Shown here piece by piece: positions 30,466-40,138 of a stretch of 64,000 nucleotides of DNA (its first letter is position 1; every line of letters starts with the position of its first letter). Source of the stretch: an uncultured delta proteobacterium (lineage in GTDB: Bacteria; Desulfobacterota; Desulfobacteria; Desulfobacterales; UBA2156); contig CAVTQK010000015.1 in the NCBI GenBank assembly GCA_963736855.1, positions 448,001 through 512,000 of the forward strand, written 5' to 3'. The position numbers and the translations under genes are program-made. The notes beneath the pieces are model-generated. The model worked only from the letters and a program-made list of their open reading frames with translations. It did not search any database and was not told where the DNA came from.

Positions 30466-30893
30466 ATGAAAAAAGTTATCTCGATGTTGGTGATCGCTGC
30501 ATTTTTGGTAGCGCCTGCGCTTGTTGCTGCTCAGCAGGCTAAGCCTGCCACTCCCGCCGCTGCCCGCCAGCGCCTACAGCGCCTGCTGCGACCGTTGCGC
30601 CTGCTGCTCCCGCCGCGCCCGCCGCGCCTGCTGCGACCGCCGCGCCTGCAAAGGCCGCTGAGGTCACAGCGAAGAAGGTGGAGCCCGTCACGCTGACCGG
30701 TGTGGTGAAAGAGGTCAAGGATGATAAGGGCAAGGTCACCGGCTACGCCCTCAAGACCGAGACCGAGACCTGTGGAATGAAAGGCGAGAAAATTGCTGCC
30801 ATGTTAGGAAAGAAGGTAGAGGCAACCGGCACTATCGCTACGGTGCAGGACAAGAAGGTTCTGACCGTGGAAAAAATGAAGGAAGTTAAATAA
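30466..30893 (+). CDS. Secreted Ala/Pro-rich protein with a small C-terminal beta domain (apparent frameshift at ~30563)
   Basis: RBS AGGAGG, signal peptide; one added C joins ORFs 30466-30696 and 30678-30893 into 142 aa. Confidence 0.75.
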
Positions 30894-30920
30894 CGGTTGT
30901 TCTTGCCTGATCAAGTGAGA

Positions 30921-30955
30921 AAAGGGGGGCGAAATGCCCCCCTCTTCATTTTTTG
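30921..30955 (+). terminator. Rho-independent terminator
   Basis: aggggggc-gaaat-gcccccct stem followed by a T-rich tract. Confidence 0.8.
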
Positions 30956-31052
30956 TTCTTAAAAAGCCCGCCGAGTTCCCACCTTTGGTTTCCGTCAGGA
31001 TTGCTCATCGTAAACGCATTCGAAGGCCTTGGTGATTCTCTGTGCATTCATC

Positions 31053-31481
31053 CTATTTCTCTTCGGGGATAACCGGGGCGAAGGAATAGGGGACATGGAG
31101 CGTTATCCCGTCATCGTCTTCTCCCGGGTTGAAGCGATAAGTCAAGGGGAAGGATCTTTCATCCAGGAAGAGGGTGTCGGGAAATTCGGAAAGCCTTTCC
31201 GCACTCGGGACATAGTTGACCAGATCCTCGATGGTCATGCGCAAAAAAGAATCCGACTCTATTTCGAGGATCAGTTTTTTCAGGGATTTCGGATCAAACA
31301 CCCTCTTCAGGCGTTCTGAATAAAATGAGAAGATCTCTGAGTCTGAGACTTTGATATCGCGCCGTCGAAGCTTGTGTTCCAGGTTCTCCACGTGTTGGAT
31401 CCGCTCCCGATTGTGCATCAGAAACGGGAGGGTATATTTCATATTTCCGGCCATAATGGCATCCCGGATGACGTGGTCCAT
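31053..31481 (-). pseudogene. HrpA helicase C-terminal (DUF3418) fragment
   Basis: FLMHN...LEHKLRRRDI, FYSERL, FPLTYRFNPGEDDDGITLHVP; no helicase core upstream. Confidence 0.7.
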
Positions 31482-32041
31482 CTTGCCTGGAATTTTTCAT
31501 ATAGAGGTACTTTATGGGACGATATTGGTAGGTGCTTCGGCAGGTATGAGGCCGGTCCGTGGAGAGTCTGTGGGATTTGAGCCCGAAAAGGACAAAACTG
31601 GGCAATTTGAGTCTTGACCGCCATGATTGAGCGGAGTAGGGCTCACTATGTGTTTTAGAGTCAAAGCCATTAACTTAGGTGCATGGTTTATAAGCAAGGC
31701 AGAATTTTCTGGATGACAACCGGTGTTTATGCGGGTATTTTCTTTCTGGACGGATGGGTTCTGTGGTTTTTTGAAAAACGGTAAAAAGTGCATTGATCAT
31801 GATTTGGGCTTTTATTTTAGATCGGTGGAACAGCAGGATTAAGACATTCTGGATTAGGGAAATGGCCTGGGTGAAATTGACCCGGTAATCGTGTTGTCGC
31901 GTATCCAGGGTAACCCAGGGGGACAGCAATTGAATTTACAGTCGTCGTACTTTACGAAAAACGAGTTCCGATCACTCTATGAGTCGCTCACCGTCGGATT
32001 AACAAAACAAACGCTTTTACGTTCAACCGGGGAAAAATAAA

Positions 32042-32656
32042 ATGGAGTTCATTCCGTTACAATATCACAATCCCGATCAGTGGATCGGCGGCATTTTGGG
32101 GATCATCGCCGGTTTCATTGTTCAGGGCGAAATGCAGATATATTTCGTTCTTCTTTTTCAGAACTTCGCGGAACGGGAAAAAGTGACCTATGATCTAAAT
32201 CCCTTTCATCATATCGATCCAACCTCTCTTCCGGTCATTCTTTTCACGGGATGGGGATGGGGGAAGAAACGGGTTGAGGCTCCACCGTATTTTCCCCAGA
32301 AACGGATAGCCCTATGTATGATCCACATGATGGCTCCCATGGCCAATCTGATGCTTGTGGGCACACTGGGGAGTATTTACCTGTTTCTACATAGTTCAAT
32401 TCTAAAATTCGCTATTGAAATCAACGCATTGATCGCAATGGCGAATTTTTTTATCCCCATCCCTCCGATGGCTTTGGGAAGAGCCGTTTCTATCCTCTTC
32501 CCTGCATTGGAGGGCCGTCGTGCCACTCTCGAGCGATCTGGGGCGTTGCTATTGACCGTCTTGGTGATTTTGGACTATGGGGCCAAGACGGGCTTTTTTC
32601 AATCGATCCTCATGCCGGCGACGCGATTCATCTCCCATTTGATTTTGGCGGTATAG
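32042..32656 (+). CDS. Site-2 protease (M50)-like membrane protein lacking HExxH
   Basis: LNPFHHIDP, GWGWGK, APMANL, NFFIPIPPM. Confidence 0.65.
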   Translation: MEFIPLQYHNPDQWIGGILGIIAGFIVQGEMQIYFVLLFQNFAEREKVTYDLNPFHHIDPTSLPVILFTGWGWGKKRVEAPPYFPQKRIALCMIHMMAPMANLMLVGTLGSIYLFLHSSILKFAIEINALIAMANFFIPIPPMALGRAVSILFPALEGRRATLERSGALLLTVLVILDYGAKTGFFQSILMPATRFISHLILAV

Positions 32657-32754
32657 CCGGTTTGCCTGGCAGGTTCCTTGCTTGTGAGGTGACGGTATCA
32701 TCGTAAGTTCAATTTAGCCGAAAACTCGATGCCAAGGCAATTCCGATCCAGACT

Positions 32755-32890
32755 TCACTTCCAAAGATTCGCCCTCCGGCGCAAATCGTTCGCCGCTTCG
32801 CTGTGCTCGGCGGCTATCCACATCCGGCGGCGCACCGTGTCCGGCTTGACCTCTACAACTTCTGCGGCTCTCCCCGGCCCTGCGCTGGCA
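32755..32890 (-). pseudogene. Possible IS1-like transposase HTH remnant
   Basis: Own translation: RAAEVVEVKPDTVRRRMWIAAEHSEAANDL. Confidence 0.4.
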
Positions 32891-32949
32891 GCTGAAGCTT
32901 TTCTGGGTCCTTTCGGGCACCCCTCACGGCCTGGTTGATATGGCCGCCA

Positions 32950-33997
32950 TCACGGCTTGGTCGTACCCTGCCCGGCCAGGGCCTTGATGCCCATGGTCTC
33001 GATCAGGCGGTTGATGTCGGTGGTCTTCAGGTTCATGCCCCCCTCGGAGACCGGCAGCAGCATGATTCGCTTGCCCTGCAAGGCTTCGGCGATGCGCAGC
33101 TTGACCATGGCCTCGCCGCCCGAGCCGGCCAGGGCGTTGTTCATCTCCTGGATGCCCTTGGCCTCGGCGATGCCCTCGGCCTTGATGGCCTCGGCCAGGA
33201 GCTTCTGCTGCTCGTAGTAGACATCGGCCTCGATCTTGGCCTTGCGGTAGGCGCCGTCGGCGTCGGCCACCATCTTGTTGACTTCGCCCTTGGCCTCTTC
33301 CAGCTTGCGCTTGTACTCCTCCACGGCGGCGTGCTGGGCCGACTTGTTTTTCTCGACCTGCTGGTCGGCCACCTTCTTGTCCTCGATGGCTTTCTGATAT
33401 TCGCGGTTGAAGCGGTAGTCCTTGGTCAGCACCTTTTCCACGATGATGCCCATGGGTCCCAGCATCTCCTGGAGGACCTCCTTGGCGCGCTGGGCCTTCA
33501 ACTCGCGCTTTTCGGCCACGTAGAAATCTTCGGTCTTCAGCTCGCCGAAGATGTCGCGCGGCTTGCTGCGGGCGACGGTGCGCACGATTGTTTCGCGCAG
33601 GGTCGGTCGTTGCTGTCGGCCACATACTGCAGGATATAGGGCGCCTTGTGCGGCATCGATGCGATAGGCGATGATCACATCGAGGCTGATGTCGTTGCCG
33701 TCGATGGTCTTGAAGAGCAGGTCGTCGCGCAGTTCGGCGGTCACCGCGGCCCTGATCGAAAACCATCTCCAGGTTCTGCAGCTTGGTGTCAAAGGTATGC
33801 CAGTCGTTGATCAAGGGCAGGAAGAAGTAGGTGGAACCGGGAGCATAGACCTTGTCCTCCACGCCCTTGGCGCCCGATAGAATGCCAATTTTTTAGTGCG
33901 CACCCCCACCTCGGTCTCGCCGGTGGTGTGGGAAACGCAGCCGCTCAGGCTGCCGAGCCACGAGGCCGCCAAGACGCAGAGCGATCAAGCGTTTCAT
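32950..33997 (-). CDS. SPFH/band-7 (HflC/QmcA-like) lipoprotein, multiply frameshifted
   Basis: ATG overlaps the upstream TGA; reconstructed LSGC lipobox, FKTIDGNDISLDV, YQKAIEDKK coiled coil. Confidence 0.75.
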
Positions 33998-35090
33998 TGG
34001 GCACCTCCTTTGCGAACGTCGAACAGTTTCAGCGCGTTGTTCAGATCCAGCGGGTTGACCCCGCCCGCGCCGTCGCTGGGCAGGATGATCAGGTCCAGCC
34101 CCTTGTAGACGTCGGCCATTTTCAGGCCCACCATGCGCTCGGAGCCGATCCCCTTCAGGGCGTCGTTTTTCAGGCGCACCCGTTCGGCCTCGGCCAGTTT
34201 GACCAGCAGGTCGGCCTCGGCCTTTTTGGCCCGCACATAGAGGTCCTTTTCGGCGATCTTGCGCGTGACATAGGCGCTGGCCCTGCTCCATCTCGACCTC
34301 CACGATCACCTTCCCCTCCTGGATGATCTTCTTCAGCTCGGCTTCTTCCCGTGGCCGCCCGCGCTGCGGCCTGGTTGGTGAAGACCAGCTGGTCCTGGAG
34401 TTTCTTCTCCTCGATATTCTTCTGGATCTCCTGGCTGTAGACTGAAGTAGCGCACCAGCACCTGCTCGACCTTGATACCCTTGGCATTCAGTTCTTTGTT
34501 GAGCAGCTCGTGGCCTCGCGGGCCTTTTGTGCTCGCAGCGGGCTGTTGTAAAATTCTTCGGTGGTCAGCTTGCCCAAGGTCTCTTTCAGGGCCGGCTCGG
34601 CCTTGGGGATGATGCCGTTGTCCTCGAAGAGCGTTCCCGGACCGATGCTGGTAAAGACCAGGTAGGGGTCGGCGATGTGGTAGAGGATCGAAACATCCAC
34701 ATCGACGAAAAAACCGTCCGAGGTCTGGATGTGCGCGGCGCGGTCCTTGCGCGCCGTAGTAGCCGCCGTGGTCGGCGACCCGGTCAACTCCAGCACCTGC
34801 ATATCACGCGGCAGGCGGTGCATCTCCAGCAGACCCGGGAAAACCCAGTGTAGACCTGCGGTATAGGCCTCCTTTCGCACGCCGCGGTTGATGCCGATGC
34901 GCACCACCTTGATACCGAACTCGTTGGGTTGCACATAGACGAACAGCGTATTGAAGACCACTAGCAGGATGATCAGCGCCATGATGCCGATGCGGATGCC
35001 GCGCGCAATCTTGGGCTGCAGCTTGGGCATTTTAAAGGACTGCCGGGCCTTTTTCACGGCCTGTAGAATATCCTCGGACTGCTCAACCAT
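33994..35090 (-). CDS. SPFH/band-7 membrane protein, multiply frameshifted
   Basis: RBS AAGGAG; TM then VQPNEFG, GLHW, QTSDGFFVDVDVSILY; indels near 34510, 34440, 34350, 34280. Confidence 0.78.
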
Positions 35091-35127
35091 GGATGTACTC
35101 TCCTTTCGAGAAAAAGTTGTCGACGCA

Positions 35128-35241
35128 TTAAGCGTCCATCGCCCCTTTGACTCCTATGTGGGCCGCGGTGATGGCGTTGGTCATGGGGCGATAGCGCAGC
35201 TGCTCGAAACCGATTCTCGCCAGCACTGCGGTCAGTTCCAC
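35128..35241 (-). pseudogene. 3' fragment of a UbiE/MenG-type methyltransferase
   Basis: Own translation: VELTAVLARIGFEQLRYRPMTNAITAAHIGVKGAMDA*. Confidence 0.6.
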
Positions 35242-35716
35242 CTAACGGATAGCTGGGGCCATCGGCCATTGTTTATAACCTGATGGAAAAAATCTCTAGA
35301 CTGGAGCACAACAAACATCATTTATCATGCAGCACTTTCAGCGAGAGCCGCTGTTCATCAACTGATAAGAAGTTGCTTTTTTGTTGGCGGATTAAGTGCG
35401 GGACTGAATTGTGTTTTTCCATCATCTGCGACCCAAGATATGGGAACCTGCAGTTGACAAGGCTTATGAATTTTCAACTATCCGAAGGTGAATGCGCTGT
35501 CAACTGGAATTTTATCGGCTGTCCCCACAAGTATGTTGTAAAAACATCTGCATAGTGGTAAATTTCATAATTTAAATATTATCATGCCATTCCTTGAATC
35601 CAGAAGGTGGATGCATTAAATTCTTACAAGATGAAGGGTTTCTTTCAATGTGCACTCAACCGATAACTGTTGTATCCCCAAACCATATCCGGCACCAAGA
35701 GGAAGCCGTTTTACGG

Positions 35717-36514
35717 ATGCGACGCAAAAGGGCCGCACTTCTTCTTGCCTCTCTTTTTCTGCTGGCAATTTTATCGCCCCAGGCTGGTTTTTCCGCCATG
35801 CCGGAACTGAACACGGCTCCTTTTTCGCCCGGCGAGAGACTGACGTTTCACCTGAGGTGGGGTATCATTCCGGTGGGAGAAGCCACCTTGGAAGTGAAAC
35901 CTTTGACGACCCGGGATGGGGTTCAGGCCTATCATTTCTCCGTCCGCGCCAAAAGCAATGCCTTCGTGGACGTGTTTTATAAGGTTCGGGATCAAATCGA
36001 TGCTTACGCAGAAACCGGGATGACCCGGTCCTTGCATTATCGGCAAGAACAGCAGGAAGGGTCCACCCGGCGGGACATCACCGTTTATTTCGACTGGAAA
36101 AAAAATGAGGCACAGCATGTCAACTATGGGGAAAAACGCCCACCGATTCCGATTCAACCCGGCACATTTGACCCGCTTTCCGTCTTTTATTTTGCCAGGT
36201 TTAAGGAAATGGCCCCGGGGGCGGTGATTAAGCAGTGGGTCACCGACGGCAAGCGATGCGTCATCGGGAAAGGGATCGTGGTCCGGCGTGAAAAGGTCCG
36301 TATGGGGAATAAGATGGTGGATTCAATTCTGTTCGAACCGGAATGCAAAGAAGTGCGGGGCGTTTTCGAGCAGAGCCCTGGCGCCAGAATCGAGGTTTGG
36401 CTTACAGATGATTCAAATCGGATTCCCGTCAAGATCCGGAGCAAGGTCATCGTGGGAAGCTTCATCGGGGAATTGGTGTCTGTCGAAGGCGTCAAAGGTT
36501 TCAAATTCAATTGA
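35717..36514 (+). CDS. DUF3108 domain exported protein
   Basis: Signal peptide, PFSPGERLTF, FYKVRD, DPLS, WLTDDSNRIPVKI. Confidence 0.85.
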   Translation: MRRKRAALLLASLFLLAILSPQAGFSAMPELNTAPFSPGERLTFHLRWGIIPVGEATLEVKPLTTRDGVQAYHFSVRAKSNAFVDVFYKVRDQIDAYAETGMTRSLHYRQEQQEGSTRRDITVYFDWKKNEAQHVNYGEKRPPIPIQPGTFDPLSVFYFARFKEMAPGAVIKQWVTDGKRCVIGKGIVVRREKVRMGNKMVDSILFEPECKEVRGVFEQSPGARIEVWLTDDSNRIPVKIRSKVIVGSFIGELVSVEGVKGFKFN

Positions 36515-36642
36515 GCGCGGAGCCTTTTCCCGATGCATTCATGCCCAAAACATTTTGGAAATGCCTGGAGGCTCTATAATCCCACGAGGGGAAATCACAG
36601 GCAAGAAATAACCGTTTGTCTCCAGTTGCTCAGGTCCGAACG

Positions 36643-37398
36643 TCACCGCCTTCTATGCATCTGGATGCTTTGCCGGACTGCTGTGGGTTGAACCCAACGA
36701 TCGGTCTCTCCGTCGTAAAACCACTTGTCCGGGAATCCGCGGCGGCTGGTGAATGTGGGGTTATCCGACCATTCGACGAGATCTATGTAGGCCTGGTGGA
36801 TTTTTCGGAATAGGGCGGCGTAGCCACCGCTGTCGGGGTGGTGCTTTTTTGCTTGACGGCGGTACGCGACTTTGATTTTTTGCCTGAAATCCGGATCACT
36901 GAGTTCCGAAGGCTTCATCCGGAGATAGGTGACGGATTTGTTGATATGCGTCGGATGCCGGGTCGTAAACGGCTTGACTGTATCACAGGGCACATGGTTT
37001 TTTTTGGCGATCTCCAAAAGGTGTCTCGATGCCAGATATCGTTTTTGGGTTCGCCGTTTTTCCGCCCACCAGGTATTTCCCAAGGCATTGGTCATGTGAC
37101 AGAAATCCTCGGCCGGCTTGTTATCCCCGTTGCGCGGATAGAAAAAGCTGAACAGCGTGTCGGAATGGTGGGTCAGGATATCCAATATCAGCGTGGAATC
37201 TGTAAAATAGAAGGTGGCATAGCGGGTGTTCAAAGCCCGGAGAAGTCCGGTCCGCATGGTGAGCATCTGCTTTAACCGCTGCCGGCAATGCAAAGAACAG
37301 TATTTTCGCCGCCCCATATTTTCCACGGTTCCACAGGAAAGGCACCGGTTTTTGAGTCTCTCGGATCGAAATTGGGGTTGGACTGCCAGGCTGATCAT
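36643..37398 (-). CDS. Cys-cluster plus J-domain protein
   Basis: CLSC...YCSLHC at the N-terminus; AYRRQAKKHHPD J-domain. Confidence 0.75.
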   Translation of the reverse strand: MISLAVQPQFRSERLKNRCLSCGTVENMGRRKYCSLHCRQRLKQMLTMRTGLLRALNTRYATFYFTDSTLILDILTHHSDTLFSFFYPRNGDNKPAEDFCHMTNALGNTWWAEKRRTQKRYLASRHLLEIAKKNHVPCDTVKPFTTRHPTHINKSVTYLRMKPSELSDPDFRQKIKVAYRRQAKKHHPDSGGYAALFRKIHQAYIDLVEWSDNPTFTSRRGFPDKWFYDGETDRWVQPTAVRQSIQMHRRR

Positions 37399-37462
37399 GG
37401 TTTTAAAATCACCTTAAAACGCAGGGTGCGGTGCGATACTCATTGAACTCCACCTTGCCGTA

Positions 37463-38215
37463 TTAAAACTTTTTAGCCGCTTCTTCCAAAAGGGTTTGCA
37501 CTCCAGGGCTGAACCACAGCTTAAGGAGTTGTTCGATTTTGTCTTTTGAATACTTTTCAAAACGTTCACACACCACCTCTACACTGTTGCGTTTGATGGC
37601 CGCAAACGCTTCTTTGGGATTATGGCTCAGTTGAGAAATTTTTTCCAACGCAATTTTTTCCACGTCGGTCTTCGGGAATACCCCGTCGATGACCCCCATC
37701 GAGTAAGCCGTTTCCGACTCCACAAGCTCTCCGAAATAGAGGAGTTTTGTTGCGGCGCGATTCCCGGCTGCATACCTGAGCATGAGATCGGCCAGGTAAG
37801 GGACCGGAAGGCCTAACCTGACCTCGTTTAACCCGACAAAGACTCTTTCGGAACAAGCGAACCGAAAGTCGCAGGCCAGGGCGAGGATAGTGCCGCCGGC
37901 CACGGCATGTCCGCAGATGGCGCAGGCCGTTGGAAGCGGCAGAGTAAAAAGATCCAGGACGACGCGATCAAAAGCATACCAGAAATCTCGCAGCTGGGCT
38001 TGGTTTAGGGGGAGCAAGTTCGGGATGTCCAACCCGATGGAGAAAAATTTGCTTCCTCCCGCAAGTACCATTCCCCCATAGGATTTTTTGATGTAGCCTA
38101 AGGTCTGCGAAAGCGCTTCCACCACCTCAGGGCCGATGGCGTTGGTCACGCCGTTTGAAAGGCGCAAAACAGCCACCGCACCCAAGTCCTCGATAGTTAC
38201 TTTTTTCGTTTCCAT
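37463..38215 (-). CDS. Enoyl-CoA hydratase/isomerase
   Basis: FFSIGLD, GHAVAGG, LACDFR, GLNEVRLG. Confidence 0.9.
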   Translation of the reverse strand: METKKVTIEDLGAVAVLRLSNGVTNAIGPEVVEALSQTLGYIKKSYGGMVLAGGSKFFSIGLDIPNLLPLNQAQLRDFWYAFDRVVLDLFTLPLPTACAICGHAVAGGTILALACDFRFACSERVFVGLNEVRLGLPVPYLADLMLRYAAGNRAATKLLYFGELVESETAYSMGVIDGVFPKTDVEKIALEKISQLSHNPKEAFAAIKRNSVEVVCERFEKYSKDKIEQLLKLWFSPGVQTLLEEAAKKF

Positions 38216-38458
38216 GAAACAGCTCTTTTCATCGAGTTGTCCTGCGGTGTACATTTGCCTTGGGCATAAAACATAAAAAGAAGTATAATTAAATACGATC
38301 GGGACCGGATATGTCAAGAAAAAACACCGGGGATCCCCTGCGGAAAAGTCATCTGACCCGACGATCCGCATCAATGACGGATTATTAAAAAATCACCTGA
38401 GGGTTGCAGATGACGGTGCCTCAAGTTATATTTAAGACCTTTGAAAGGAAAGAAACCC

Positions 38459-39328
38459 ATGCATTATGAAGGCAATATCATCCGGCCTCCCAGCGAGGCC
38501 AATAGTATTCTGCTACAGGTGACCGTGGGATGTTCCCGCAATAAATGTACCTTTTGCGGGACGTACCGGGGTGAGCGTTTCAAGATCAAGGACGATGCGA
38601 TCATCATGGAGGATATCGCTTTTGCCGCGCGATACTGCCTGCGTCAGCGCCGGGTCTTTTTGTGCGACGGCGACGCCCTCATTATCCCGCAGAAACGCCT
38701 GAGACGCATTTTACAGGAAATTCGCCGCCAATTGCCCTGGGTGACACGTGTGGGGGCCTATGCCAACGCCAAGGGTATTGGCATGAAAACCCTGGAGGAG
38801 CTTGTCGCATTGCGGACAGAGGGTCTCGGAATTTTATATATGGGCTTGGAAACAGGGGATGACGTGACCCTCCAAAGGATCAACAAGGGAGCAGATGCCC
38901 AACGGATGATCGAAATGGGAAGAAAGGTTAAAGCTGCGGGAATCAAACTGTCCGTCACGGTTCTCCTCGGGATTGCAGGCAGAGAGCGCTCCGCTGTTCA
39001 TGCCGAGGCGACCGGCAAGGTGCTATCGACTATGGATCCGGATTATGTGGGGGCCTTGAGCCTGATGCTTATCCCGGGAACTCCCTTGTATGAAGACTAT
39101 GTCTCGGGCCGGTTTGATTTATTATCCCCCCTGGAAATACTCGGAGAACTCAGAGTGCTTTTAGCTCACACCGATCTTTCAAGGGGGCTGTTTCATGCCA
39201 ATCATGCCTCCAATTATCTTCCCATCAAGGCTCGGCTGCCCAGAGACAAGGCAGCGACACTTGCTCTCATCGACCAGGCGCTCGAAGGCGCTGTTCCCTT
39301 GAAACCGGAATGGCTGCGCGCTCTTTAA
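38459..39328 (+). CDS. Radical SAM protein
   Basis: RPPSEA, GCSRNKCTFC, GLETG, NHASNY. Confidence 0.9.
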   Translation: MHYEGNIIRPPSEANSILLQVTVGCSRNKCTFCGTYRGERFKIKDDAIIMEDIAFAARYCLRQRRVFLCDGDALIIPQKRLRRILQEIRRQLPWVTRVGAYANAKGIGMKTLEELVALRTEGLGILYMGLETGDDVTLQRINKGADAQRMIEMGRKVKAAGIKLSVTVLLGIAGRERSAVHAEATGKVLSTMDPDYVGALSLMLIPGTPLYEDYVSGRFDLLSPLEILGELRVLLAHTDLSRGLFHANHASNYLPIKARLPRDKAATLALIDQALEGAVPLKPEWLRAL

Positions 39329-39360
39329 CGGATCGACCTCAGAATAAACAGGAGGACTCA

Positions 39361-39654
39361 ATGGATTTTAAATTGATGATGACCACCTTCATCATGATAT
39401 TCCTGGCAGAGCTTGGAGATAAGACCCAGGTGGCCACATTTTGCCTTTCCGCCGACTGCGAGTCTTCGAGGCTATCGGTTTTCCTTGGATCCGCCGTCGC
39501 CCTGGTGATCAGTGCGCTTATCGCCACGGCACTAGGGGACGTGGTCACTCGATTCATTTCTCAAAGTCATATCAAACTGATAGCGGGCGCCGTTTTCATC
39601 ATCTTCGGAGTCTTCACATCGTATGCAGCCATTCGTTCGATATTCTTTTCTTAA
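39361..39654 (+). CDS. TMEM165/GDT1 (UPF0016) half-size Mn/Ca transporter
   Basis: AELGDKTQ motif; RBS GGAGG. Confidence 0.88.
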   Translation: MDFKLMMTTFIMIFLAELGDKTQVATFCLSADCESSRLSVFLGSAVALVISALIATALGDVVTRFISQSHIKLIAGAVFIIFGVFTSYAAIRSIFFS

Positions 39655-39728
39655 ACGAGGCAGAGGGTAATAGACGTAAAATCGCTAATTGAAAAAGGTG
39701 ACGTATTTTAAGGTGCAGTCAATCAATG

Positions 39729-39925
39729 TTGACGAAATCGTAAAAAAAAAGCTATTTTTGCTCGCTTCGTGACCATTTTCGGGAGATGCTCACGGCTTCT
39801 CTAAATTTCAAGAACTCGGCGCAAGCGCCTCAAACAGCTTGAAATTACTAACGCTCAGCCATTCGCATCTCTTTTTCCGAAAATGCTCAAATCTCGCTTG
39901 CAAAAGCTTTTTACGAATACCTCAA
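39729..39925. mobile_element. MITE-like palindromic element, variant core
   Basis: Termini ttgacgaaatcgtaaaaa / tttttacgaatacctcaa; long internal hairpin. Confidence 0.65.
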
Positions 39926-39927
39926 TG

Positions 39928-40084
39928 TTGATGGCTTCGTAAAAAGTCCATCTGCTGCGTTGCACTGCATCCTTCGTCATTGCGGCGTACCCATATGTAC
40001 GCCTCATTCCTCAGGATTTGCGCGCCTTGCATCTGAAGCTTTTTACTTTGCCATCCTAATTTTGAGTTTTTACGATTTCATCAA
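39928..40084 (+). mobile_element. 157-bp MITE-like palindromic repeat, copy 1
   Basis: Termini ttgatggcttcgtaaaaag / tttttacgatttcatcaa; second copy at 58683-58839. Confidence 0.8.
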
Positions 40085-40138
40085 CGTTGCGATTTGTAGC
40101 TTCCCGTTGTTCAGTTTCTGGATAAGTGAATGACCTGA

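Noticed and set aside
31512..31929. Short ORFs upstream of the HrpA fragment
   Set aside because: No homology or RBS evident, and they cannot be joined into a helicase.
35235..35280. Integron attC/GTTRRRY site at the island edge (GTTAGGT on the minus strand)
   Set aside because: No matching inverse core or L-box hairpin, and no integrase.
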